Shown here in pieces: positions 22,957-37,641 of a stretch of DNA of 64,000 bases (positions within the stretch are counted from its first letter, which is position 1; each line of letters opens with the position of its first letter). Location of the stretch: assembly GCA_002104945.1 (NCBI GenBank), contig MCFH01000004.1, forward strand, positions 248,001 through 312,000, in the 5' to 3' direction. The notes under the pieces were generated by a model. The model searched no databases. It was not told the DNA's origin and saw only the letters and a list, made by a program, of their open reading frames with translations. The DNA is from Piromyces finnis finn. Taxonomy: Eukaryota; Fungi; Neocallimastigomycota. Position numbers and translations under genes: made by a program.

Positions 22957-25900
22957 CTCAGTCAGTCAATCAGTTCAACAATCTCATCAACAATCCGATC
23001 TTCAACAAGATCTTCAACAAGATCTTCAACAAGTTTCCCATCATGAAAATATTCCAGATCTACAGCAAACACAATTTCAATCTCAACATTCAACAATTAA
23101 TTCTAATAGTTCTATCAACTCTGATAACAGTTCAATAGTTGATAGTTCTTCAGTTTCACAGCCATCTAGTAATAGTTCTACTTATTCCTCTGATGCATCA
23201 TCCATTAATAACGATGACTTTAATAATAATAATAATAGCAACGATTCTTCCTCATTCAACAAGCCTGATAACTTTTCTTTTTGTCTTAGTTGGAACACCA
23301 ATGGGTGGAATCACGAAAAGAGAGATAGTATTAGCTATTTCACAGCTATTTTCAAACCATTATTTTTATGTTTCCAAGAAACTGGTAATGGTTCTGGATC
23401 GAATACAGATTATCCTTGTCGTGTTACTTTGCGGAACTATAGACACTTTTTCAAGAAAGCTGACGAATCAGTTCCGGGAATGAGAGGTTTATATTTAGGT
23501 TTTCACAATTCGTGTCAAGCCTCACTCGAAAACTTCTCTGGAAAGTATATTATTTCTATTTATACTTTTAGTCTCTGGAATAGATTCAAATGCTCGATTG
23601 GAAATGTTTATATGCCTCATAGTCATCACAACATCTATGTTGATCATGCAAAGTTAGAAGTTCGCTTGTGGTTACAAACTCATTCATCCCATCCATCGAT
23701 TCTTGTTGGTGATTTTAATATGTCTAAAGTAAAATTATCCAACTGGTTATCAACTAATGGATTAGGAGATTGGGAAATTCTTCCGCTTAGAGGGTCTACT
23801 ATCTCTTGGACTCGAGGTGATCAATCTTCCGACATTGACCATGCTCTTATCAATTCGAAGATGAAAGATCTTATTCACTCAGGATCATTTATAAATAATT
23901 TTTATCCTGTATCAGACCATAAGCCACTTCTTATTAATGGTAAAATTATTCCTATGGATGATTTTTCTAATGACTTTAATGTTCCTAAGAAAATTCTGAA
24001 ATGGAATAGATTAAAATGTATTGAGGAAAAGGAATCTATTCTCAGTCATAATAAATTCCAAATTCTTTCAGCAAAATTCAACGATCCTAATGTTTCTACA
24101 GATGAACTTTCCAAAGAGTTTACTTCAACTGCTTTTTCAATTGCAGACGAGCTCAGTATTACCTCAGCTAATAATGTTATAAAGTCTTCATTTCATATTT
24201 CACAACAAATTTTTAATCTTCAAAAAATCAAAATGAAGTTGTATAAGAGATTTAAAAAAGAAAGAATTTATGATATAGATGAATTTATTAAAAGAATTAA
24301 AATCTACCGTAAGCTCATTGATTACATCCACAAAAGATGTAATGAATTTAGGAAACAAGAATATCTTCATTGGATTAAAACAGGATGTGAGTATATGAAG
24401 AGTCATAATCCTAAGAAGGCCTGGAAATGGATCAAGAAAACTGCAAAAATTGGAAAAGATTCTTTCTTTATTGCTCAACCAATTAAAAATAAAAATGGAG
24501 AATTAGTTGTTGCTACAGAAGAACAACTTGAAGTGTGGCATGATCATTTCGAAAACCTTGCATCAGATCCAAGTGGTGTAAGTCTTGATTTGGAGCATTG
24601 GTATGAAGAACCAACGAATAAACGTTTTTCACTTCCTATGCTTGATGAGTGGGATATCAACCAAGATATTAGTATTGATGAAGTCAAGTCAGCTATCCTC
24701 TCTACTCCAAATTATAAAGCATCAGGTCCGGATGGTATTCCAATTGAATTTTACAAAGCATTAATTCCATCAAGTAATGATTCTAATAATGCTACAGATA
24801 ATAATTCTTCCGGTAATACCACTTCAGATAATGATGCTCATGGGTTAAATTTTATTCTTAAATTATTCAACCGTATTTGGGATGGAGACTTCCCCAACTC
24901 ATGGAATGAATCCAGTATTGTTTCTATTCCTAAGAAGGGAGATTTGACAGATTGTTATAACTATCGAGGTATATCACTTATCAATAATGGCATTAAGTTG
25001 ATTTCCAAAATTATCACCACTAGAATCTCAGAATATGGTCTAAAGAATAATTTCATTAGACCTGAACAATTTGGTTTTCGAAAAAAGGAAGAAAGTATTA
25101 GTCTTTTCATTTCAATCCAAGAAATATGCCGTAGACGTCAATTAGATAATAAAGAGACATATTTGGCCTTTTTAGATCTCAGGAAAGCATACGATTCAGT
25201 CCCAATCGGTAATATTCTCCATAAATTAGATTGTTTAGGAATCCGAGGTAAGAGTTTACAATTCATCAAAAATTTATATTTAACATCTAAGGCTAATGTC
25301 AAATTAGATGGACAATTCTCGAAATCTTTTGATGTGAAGAAAGGAGTCCGTCAAGGATGCCCTCTTTCTCCTATTCTCTTTAATCTCTTTATTAATGATA
25401 TTTTTAAAGAGTGCGAATATCTCGAAGTCAGTTTAGGTGACACTCGATGCTGTGGTGGACTTTTTGCAGATGATATAGTTATTTGTGCTCCAACAAGAGG
25501 ATGCTTAAAAAAGATGCTAAGAAGAGTTAATGAATGGGCCTTGTATAATGAAATGGAATTTGGTATCCAGAAATGTTCAACGATGGTGATTCGTCCTGAA
25601 TCAATAGAAAATCAGAACAAGAGAGATCCAACATTTTACTTAGCAGGACAACCCATTCCAACTACTGATTGTTATACTTATCTTGGTGTTCCATTTGATA
25701 AGAATCTGTCCCTTAAACCAGTAATTAAAGCTCTTAATAACAAGGTTTTGAAAGGACTTTTCTCAGTCAGTAAATTCTTAAGAAATCCTAATATTCCTAT
25801 TCCCTTCAAAAAACTAGTACTTAACTCACAAGTGATTAGCAGAGTTTCATACTTTGCACCATTACTTGGATCCAACAAAGCTAGGTCTAGAATTGCTCAG

Positions 25901-27064
25901 AAGCATGTTAACAAAGGAATACGATGGGTTGCCGGAGTTCATAAAGCTGTATCATTTATATCTCTATACTCTATTTCAAAAGATTTGAACATTCCTCCAT
26001 TGTCAGCCAAATGCGCATTATCTCAGGTTAGATGTTTTAACAAATGGAAAAACTCAAATTGTATTATCTCACACCTTGTCAATTACATTCCTAAATTTAG
26101 AAAATACACGTGGTGCAAATCAAGTAGGACACTTGATAAAAAACTAAAGAAACATGGAGATGTTAAAGCAGTTAAAAACTTTTATTGGAAAGATCTCAAA
26201 GGAAATTCAATCAAAGCGCAATATTATGATGATAATAAATTTATTGAAACTAAAGATTTTATTAAATTATGTTATGAGTACCCAGAGTTTGCCTATGGCT
26301 TCTACTGGCTATTGAAAGCAAGAAGCGGATACAAGTTGGATGCTAGAGTTGCCAAAGCTGCTAAATTTGTTGATCCAGTTTGTCCTAACTACTGTCCATG
26401 TTGCAAGTGTGGAGATCAAAGTATTAAACATTGGTTATTAGATTGTCCAACATTTAGAGATATCCGTATTAAACATTATGATTCCATAGTCCAGCTACTA
26501 AATTTTTTCAGTCAACGTAATTCCAATAGTCCTATCAATAATAATGAAAATGTTAATATCAGCAGAGATAGCAATAACAGTAATAGTAATAGTAATAATA
26601 TTAATAATAACAATAGTAATAATAACAATAGTAGTAATAGAAATAATAATATTAGTAATGATAGCAATAGTGATGATAATAATTCTAATTTAGATAGTAA
26701 TTTAGTTGATGATAGTAATAGTTCTAATAATCCGGTGAATATTAATGTGTATGATTATTCTAGTGTGTGCAGTAAAATATTTAAATTCCTTCTTGGGGGA
26801 AGAAGTTTTAACAATATTAATTACAATTCAAGGGAATGGAAAGAACTTTGTAAGCGTCAGATTCAATCTGGTACTAATGAAGGAACACCATTCTTGACGG
26901 TAACCGCGGAACTTCTAACCAAAATCATGCCTTTTGCTATTGGCCAGCAATGGTCAATGTTCAAAAGGTTTGAAGCAACATCCAAGAGCGTCAATGCTGA
27001 AGAAACAGTAAGACAGGCCAGGAGGGCCAGCGCAACCAATGGAGATCATAATTTTGATCCATGA
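22886..27064 (+). CDS. APE endonuclease-reverse transcriptase polyprotein of LINE copy D; the first ~27 codons come from copy C's tail and TSD
   Basis: APE motifs SWNTNG (~23288), FQET, GNVY, VGDFN, IDH and SDHKP (~23912). RT LFADD at ~25463. CxxC..H..C at ~26392. No stops or frameshifts. Confidence 0.93.
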
Positions 27065-27335
27065 CAAAATTTTGATCTTTGGCTCGGTGTTCCACTGAAA
27101 GTCAAATACAATTATTATATTTTAGTATAATAGTGGCTTTCTTACTTTAATTAAAATGACTTGAATACATTATACACAGTTTTTATTCATTTTTATTTAT
27201 TTAAACCTATTTTTTTTATAATTTTTATTTTTTTATTTTTATTTTTAATTTTATTTCTTATAACATGTATTCTTATTTTAATTAAATTAATAATAAGGTT
27301 TAAAAATATTTGATGCCGTTAAAAAAAAAAAAAAA
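22969..27335 (+). mobile_element. LINE copy D: longest copy (APE endonuclease + RT + zinc motif), probably lacking its native 5' end; 3' UTR more diverged
   Basis: Intact ORF to 27064, 3' UTR and A15, followed by host sequence GATCCATAC. Confidence 0.93.
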
Positions 27336-27968
27336 GATCCATACTATCCTATCAGATATTATTTTTTTTTATTTTATTTCATTTAGTCATATAGAGATAT
27401 ATCTACACAATTCAATTTTATGAGTTATTTGAACTTGTTTAATTTTAATATATATTTTTCAAAGTATTTTTTTCCATAAAAAAAAAATAACAATATTCAA
27501 TATTAGCAAAATTTCTATGGATGAATAAATGAATGTTATAAATAAAATTCAAAATTTATAAAATTTATGATATTTTATTAAATACATTTACACTTTTTAT
27601 ATATGTTTATATTATTAACAAATCTAAAATAATAAAAGTAATGATATAAAATGTGAAATTTTTTTTTTTTTAATTTTAAAAAAGAAATAATTAAAAATGA
27701 TAATGTATATGCACAAAGATTATTATTAGTTTAACTTTAATGATTAATGAAATAAATGAGTATAAATTTATTATTATATTATATGATACTTATTTTTTCT
27801 ACAAAATATATGTTGGAATATGAAATAATGAATGAGTTGACTTTTTTTTTTTTACTTTTATATTTATTAATAGTATATATATATATTTATTTCATCAAAA
27901 TTTCATGTGTTATAAATATATATATATATATATTTAGATTTTTTTTTTTTTTTTTTTTTTTGAAATAT

Positions 27969-29921
<1,953 letters not shown>

Positions 29922-32079
29922 TATTTAATTATGGACAATTACGGACAATCATTGAATACCTTAACTTTAGTCATTTTTCTTTAAATATCTATTTTCTTTT
30001 TTTTTAATCTTTTTTTTTTTTTTATTATTATCAATGATTTTTCAAAACTTATTCTTTCTCTTTTTACATAAAGATAAAAATACTTGTTTTTTTCTAATGT
30101 TTTTTTTTCTATAATTATTTTATATTTTTAAAAACATAAGATTTTCAAGTGAATTTTAATTTTACAGATAAAACATTTAAAAAAGATATTTGAAGTGAGT
30201 TTATAGTTGGTGGTGGGAGAGGAGCTAATTATAATGTTTTAATTATTTGATTACTTGATTGGCGAATTTAATATAGTAACATCAAATTAATGTTTATCTT
30301 CAACAACCTAATATTTATTATTATTAAAGAAAAAAAGGAATAATTGTTAACTTTTTTTTTTTTTTTTACATTTTTCAATATTTAACTTAAATCATTTTTA
30401 ATTGAAAATAATTTTAATGTTATTAAAAAAAAAAAGTTCATCCATACAAAAATATTATTACAATTAAAAAGATAAACAATTATACAATCATATATATTAT
30501 TAACAATAACAATAAAAAAAAAAGTAATCCTAATGTCTTTATTAAAAGATATTAGTTTTTTTTAACTTTTTCTTATTTATTTATTTTATTATTATTATTA
30601 TTAATATAGTACTATTAAAAATTTAATTTAATAATATTATAAAACAATAACAATATATATATATATATATTCATTTCATTTTTATTTAAGGATAAAAAGT
30701 TATATAAAATAAAATAGTATTGAAAAACTAAAGAAAGTAGGTAATACTTTAAACTACATTTTTTTAATGAATTTTATTGGTTTGTCATTTATAGTATCAT
30801 ATTATAGAATAGAAAATTAAAAAAGTTTAAGGTTATAAAATATCATCTCCCTACTCCACATTTCCCCTCTACATTAAATTTTTAATTTTTAATTTTATTT
30901 TATTATTTTTTTTTTTATTTAATCTTGAACATTTGTTATAATATTCATTTAATAAATTATAAATAGAAAAAAAAAAATAAACTCATTTTTTTAAATTCTA
31001 TATAATTTATAGTAATTTTTGAATTTTTAATAATAAAAATATAAATGTATATTAGAAAATCGTGGGATAAATTCATTGTTTAAATGAATTACGAATAGAG
31101 TGTAAATTATAATGCTATACTATATATTTTAATATAATATTATCTATTATGTATAATATTATAGATTATTTTTTTTCTTTTATATTGAGAATTTTTTTAA
31201 TTCCTATATATATAAATTAAATTGTTATTTTTTTTATCCTTTTATCTTTAAAGTACTATAATGTTACAAAGATAGATCATTGTTAAAAATAGGTATAATG
31301 AAAATGGAGAATTTTTATAGTATGTTATAAAACATAAAAAACATAAAATACTATACTTTATATATATATATGTATATACTATAAATATAAAATTATATTT
31401 CTTTTCTATTTTTCGTGAAAAATTCAAGGTTAATTTTCAATGTTTTGTACATATATATTATATGTAATTTATAAATTTATACATAACTATTTAAAATTTA
31501 TTATTTTTTTGGCATAAAAATGGATGATATAACTATTTTATGGATCATACATTTATATTTTTTTAAATAATTGAAATAAATTAAAAACAAGCTTTTTTAA
31601 AGTTAGAAAAAAAAGTAAAATTTTTTTATATTATATATTATACTAAATAGTAATAATTTATAATAAATACTAATAAATGTTGGGTTTGATAAGGTTTCAT
31701 TATAAAAATATAATATTTATATATGAATTTGCTATAAATATATAAAGTACATCCGTATATATACTTTTTTTTTTTTTTTTATAACTAAAAAGTTTTTTTA
31801 CTATCATCATAATCCATAATTAAAAATAGATAGAAATTTTTTTTTTTTTTATTTTATTAAATTATTGAAATTTTAAAATGAATCATATCATTTTATTTTA
31901 TTATATAAAAACTAATTCAAAAACATAATTGTTATTCTATAAATTTTATTTTTCTGTTTACAATAATTTTAAATCATTAATTTAAAAATGTTATTTAATT
32001 TTAAACAATATTTAAATAACAAAAAAGGGAATTTAAAAGTAAAAAAAAAAAAAGGGATTAAATCTTTTTTTTTTTTAAT

Positions 32080-32731
32080 TTATTCCTCAGAAGATTGATT
32101 AATCATTAATTCAAAATCATCAAAAGTTTTTTTATTCTTTTGTGCCTTAATAAATTTACCATAAATATTAGTGTAGAGGATATTTAATACTTCATTGTCA
32201 GCTTCATCAAAAATGTTTTTTAATATATATTCTTCATCGCCGTTATTAACTTCATTACTAATTTTTTGATAAATAGAATTAGAAATGTTAATTTCAAAAA
32301 TGGAATCATGAGCAATAAACTTTTTGTATATTTCTTTCACATCTGGGATAAATATTAATGGAATGTAATTACTATTAATATTATTTCTATAGGATTTAAT
32401 TTCATCAATGTCATTAAGATAGTTGTTTTGACTTATTTCGTTAAAATCGTCATTTAAAAATTTATCAGATTTCTTATAGAAATCATTATAATATTCATAA
32501 ATAACTTCTAAGCCACTTTCTTCATGAATACGTGGACTAATATTAACATTTACATCTTTTCCTGATCCTTTTCTAGATAGCGATAATTTTAACTTTTTAA
32601 AATCTTCAATTTCTTTGGTTGATCTTGTTAATTTTAATTGTTCATACTCTTCCATTTCTTTTTTTAATTTAGTGATTTTTTTATGGAAAATCTAATGATA
32701 TTATTTAATAGAAATTCAATAAATAAAATTA

Positions 32732-32772
<41 letters not shown>

Positions 32773-34393
32773 ACTTACTAAATTTTCAATACAAAGTTCA
32801 ACAGTACAATATTTAGAAAATTCACTACATAATTCTGGATTATCCAATACAAACTTTAAACTGTTCATACTCTTATTTAAATTCTCTTGTAAATATACCA
32901 TATTTAACATTCTATAAACCTGAAATATATTTTGTAAATATATAAAAGTTGTACAGTTAATTTTTTTATTATTCGTATATATAGAACATATATACTAAAG
33001 ATTCTATTATCAAAACTTTATTGTACTTACAGGTCCACCGATAAACAAAATATGAACATAGATGACAAATATACTAAAGATTCTATTATTGAGGAAATTA
33101 TTAAAGAAAAATTAAGTCCTTCATTCTATATCTTGTAGTATATATATATATTATTGTATACTTACATTTCTCTAGTGATGAAAAAGAATTTAAAATGAAG
33201 AGTTGGAGAATAAGAGAAACCAAGATAAAGAATGAAAATAAAGAAACCAATTAAAATATAGATGATCATTTTTTTTGAAACCTTAACTTTTCTATTTTTT
33301 AAATAAAGAATTCTAACATAAATAATACTTGAAACGATTGTGGAAACGTAAAAAATAACATAAAGAGGAATAAATTCCCAAGTTCTAATTTTATCATATA
33401 ATATAAAAATAGTGTAATGCAATATATAAGTATATGCCCATTAAATAGATAGTATTAGTAATTTTATTTCTAAAAAAGTGACTTTGTAAAGAATTTTATA
33501 ATTTATACTATTTTTCATTACCCATTATTACAGTAACCATATTCATGATTTATTTTATAAAAATCACTATAATTTTGTGCGATTATGGAATATATAATAC
33601 AAATAGCATCAACAGTATATGTAACGATCAAAATATTTCTAGGAGTGATATATTTCATAAATGAAAAACTTTTTGGAATGGAAGATACACTCATTTTTGT
33701 ACTATTATTGTCTCTTAATGAATCTGAATTAACACGTTCAAGATCACTTTTTAAGAATAATTCATTATACTTGTCCATACCGTTAATTTTTTCCTTTTTA
33801 ATTGTATTTATATATTCAACATTTAAAAGTAAAGCTTTTCCAACCACACCAAGAAAGACAAGTGGTACACCGATACTCATAGTTAAAAATAAAGAATAAC
33901 ATGGAATTTTAGTAATATAAGCCTAAATAAATAAATAAATATATGAATATATAATATATAAATTATACAATGACGTTAATAAACCTAATCGTACATCGAT
34001 ACATCAAAGTATATGATATATAGTAATGTGTAGGTATGTGTAGATGATGAATATAAATTTAATATTTCAAGAGTATTTTAGTATTTTATTATTACTACTT
34101 ACTTGATTTAAACAATTTACAAACACAATAAAAAATTCACCAATAAGAATGGTATAGGCTAAACCTTTTGAGTAAGCCTTTGAACATTGAAATTTTCCGT
34201 GAAGAATTAATGAAAGTGCTAAAAAGAATATTGATAAAAATCCAAAAATCAATAAAAGATAACTTCTTGGTTTGTTAGGTCCATGTTGTTTTAAGAGAGT
34301 TTCTGGATTGACAAAGAAAGGCTTTAATTTTTGATATTGGTATCTTTTATTAAAGCACCATTCCTCGATATTATCTGAATTATTATTACACAT
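32080..34393 (-). CDS. 7TM-RGS protein (fungal class VI/GprK- or AtRGS1-like); exons 34393-34103, 33922-33522, 33384-33166, 33125-33031, 32919-32779, 32691-32080; apparent +1 frameshift in exon 4
   Basis: Seven hydrophobic segments and a C..G-TWEFIP motif. The RGS domain reads FVLDNPELCSEFSKYCTVELCIENL|IF...FIAHDSIFEINIS...IFDEADNEVLNILYTNIYGKF. The exon sum of 1759 nt is 3n+1. Confidence 0.8.
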
Positions 34394-36583
34394 TTTTGTT
34401 TCAAAAATATTTTTTATTATACAAAATTATTTATAGTATATTTATTGATATTTTTTTTTTAAAAAAAAAAAATATACTTTGTTTAATAAACAAAAAAAAA
34501 AAAATTACTTTTGAATTGATAGATTATTATATAATTAATAGTTTAAAGAAATGAATTAAAATTTAATATATATTATCATAATAATAATATTATATTAAAC
34601 TAAAACTAAATTTATTGTATATATGTATATGTTACTATTATTATTATTCTATCTATTAAATAAAATATGAAAAATTTTTTTAACAAGTAAATATGGTTTA
34701 AAGAAAAGAAAAATATAAATTATTATTTTTCTTTATAAAAAAATAAACTTTAAATATTTTGAAACTATATTTAATAAATTATGTAACGTTTGTTGAAAAT
34801 ATCTATTAATTTTTTTGAAATATATTATAAATTTATTACAACATAATTTACTGTAACACCTATATTTTCAATCAAAAAAAAAAAAATCTAAACAAGATAG
34901 GTTATCAATATAATAATTATGTTAATTTTCATAAAATAATTATATATTGATTATTATTAATATATAATAGTTATAACAAACAGTGGCTAATGTACTAATG
35001 TTTCTTTTGGATTTATGTGATTATATTTCTGTTTTTTTTTTTTTTTTTTAAAAAAAAAGGTAAAATAAAATGAATATTGTAGAATATATATGTATTTTTA
35101 TTTTTATTTTTTTTTTACAATCGTATGTATAATCTTTTTTACTATCACTATTTTTATTCCATAGACTTGAATTGGTATATTGAAATAGTTCAATTGAAAA
35201 TCATTTTATAATAATAATAATACTAATAATTAAATATTATGTTTAGTTAAATCCCTTATTTCTCCATACTCTTTTTTATATCTAATTCTTTTTTGAATTT
35301 TAAATATATATTATAAAAGATATTATTTCCAAAATAAAAATTAAAAAAAGAGACATTTTTCATTATTTATAAGAAAAAAGGTTTTAATATATTAATTAAT
35401 TTTAAAGTTATATTGGCATTTTAATGGATAGAAAAAATTTATCAATTCAATTAAAAAACTATATATTATTTAATTAATAATATATGTGCCAATTGATTGA
35501 TATTTGATATTTTAAATTTTTTATTTTAAAGAAAAAATTTGGTGGTGGTAGGAGGTATATGTTGTTATTGCTGTTTGGTAGGGTATTGTGGGATAGATAA
35601 ATTAGTAAAAATGATATTAAAAATAATTATTCTTACTTCATAATAAGAATAAACAAAGTTTTATTTGACCATTTAATAAATCTATTATTATTTATTATAT
35701 ATTTCATTTCTAAAAAGAAAAAAAAAACATCCTCCACTACCTTTAAAATAATTTTAAAAATCTCCAAAAAAAAAAAAAGATTTTACATTTTATTATCAAA
35801 TTAGTTTTTAAATTTTACCATATATTAAATCAATGGGAGGAGGTAAAGGCTTCATATAATAAAATGAAAGACAAATAAAATAAATTTTATACCCAATAAA
35901 ATACCAAGAAATCTTTTTTTTTTTTGGTTAGAAAAAAAGCTAGTTTTATAGAAAATAATAAAAAGATGTTTTTATGAAATAATATAAATAATAATAAAAT
36001 TTAAATATTTTCTTTATTATTTAAAAAGTTTTATTATTTAAAAAAAAAAAAAGAAAAAAATACTAATAAAAAAAAAGTTTTTTTTTATTTATTTAATTTT
36101 TCCTTGGTTTAGAAAAATTTTTTTGTTTCGTTTTTTCATCCACAGTTTGAATTATCAAATCTATCAAATTTTTAATTTAATCCTATTGTTTAGAATATAT
36201 TATAATATATAGAAAAATATATTAATTTATATAATTTTTAAATTAATTTTTTAAAGATTTTAAAATTATAGAAAAAGGGATTTGAAAAAAGAGAGAGAAA
36301 AGTAAAAAAAAAAAAAGATGATGATGATGCCTGCTTCTATTGTTATTATTTCTTTTAGTATAAAGTGAAATCGCATTTTAACATAAAATAATGAAATGGA
36401 AATAATAATCAAAGACTAATTTATTTTATTATTCTTGAAATTGAACAAAGGGATGGTAAATAAAATTAAAATTTTAAGTACAAAACAATGAAATTCTTTT
36501 TAAAATAAAAAGATCAACAATGTGAAAGGATGAAGATTGAAAATAAAATATTAATTTTTATATATAAACAATAACTGTTAACT

Positions 36584-36725
36584 ATAAATAATAAATAATA
36601 AATAATAAATAATAAATAATAAATAATAAATAATAAATAATAAATAATAAATAATAAATAATAAATAATAAATAATAAATAATAAATAATAAATAATAAA
36701 TAATAAATAATAAATAATAAATAAT
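36584..36725. repeat. Heptanucleotide tandem repeat (AATAAAT)n, about 20 units
   Basis: Directly visible, near-perfect 7-bp periodicity. Confidence 0.9.
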
Positions 36726-37641
36726 GAATAATAAATAAATAAGAAAGAATAACTATAAATAATAAATAATAAATATGATCGACTAATCTAATTCAATTCC
36801 ATAGCATTGTTGTTTTGATTATATAAAAAGATTAATACTTGGTCTTTTTTTTAAATATCCACATTTTAAATGTTTACTATTTATTCTCTATTTAAATTAA
36901 TATAGAAATTTTTATATTTATTATTCTATGGAGGAATAGAATAGAAATAATAAAATATATATAATTTAATTTAAAAGCATTTATATTTATTATTTATTAT
37001 TTATTATTTATTATTTATAGTTAGAGTTATTATTTATATTACTATTAAAAGAAAAAAATTTAGTGTGTTTATATATATATACCCCCTCCTCCTCCTACCA
37101 TCCCTTCTTTAGGTTTAAAAAAGAAAAATAGTAAATATTATAAATATTGATGAATGATATTAAAAAAAAAAAAAAGGATTCTTTTTTTATTTATTTATTT
37201 TTTATTTTTATTTTTATATATTTATTTTATTTTTTTTGTTTTTTTTTTTTTCTTTTAAAAAATTTTATTCTATTATTTATATATATATATATAATTTTGT
37301 TTTAATATAAGAAAAAAAATATGTTTTTTTTTTATTATTATTACTTTTTTTGATTGTTGTGATTTGTCTTTTTGATAATGTGAAGAAAATGTAAAAGGCT
37401 TTTTTTTTTTTTTTTACTTTCTAAAAAACTTTACAATTATAATGTCTAAATAAAATAAAATAGTTTATTGTCTTATTTATTTATTATTATAATTATATTT
37501 ATTTGTTGTTGTTGACTTGGTAAACTTTTTTTATTATTGCAATTTTATAGAGAGAAAAGTTTGTTTTTTCGGTTATTTTTATTTTTTGGATTTTTATGTT
37601 GCTGATAATAAATAGCCTATATCACTATTTAAATTGTCTAT

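Larger units (their letters stand above)
18999..27341 (+). mobile_element. Nested cluster of one non-LTR retrotransposon (APE-RT LINE) family, bounded by candidate outer TSD AAAGATCCA
   Basis: Four 3' ends reading TTTGATGCCGTT(A)n, with tails at 19177, 19794, 22897 and 27321. AAAGATCCA occurs at 18999-19007 and 27333-27341. Confidence 0.9.

Noticed and set aside
22886-22968. MMPL-K19 N-terminus as a native element-encoded basic or NLS domain
   Set aside because: It is simply copy C's 3' end, poly(A) tail and TSD read in frame.
18999-27341. Array formed by one serial end-to-end template-jumping event, or a telomeric HeT-A/TART-like array
   Set aside because: Copies A, B and C each have their own TSD inside a pre-existing RT fragment, which implies separate insertions. 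The cluster lies between ordinary genes and no telomeric repeats are present.
36584-36725. Periodic repeats (here and at 47861-48004) as CRISPR-like or functional arrays
   Set aside because: These are simple AT microsatellites without spacers, in a eukaryotic context with no cas genes.
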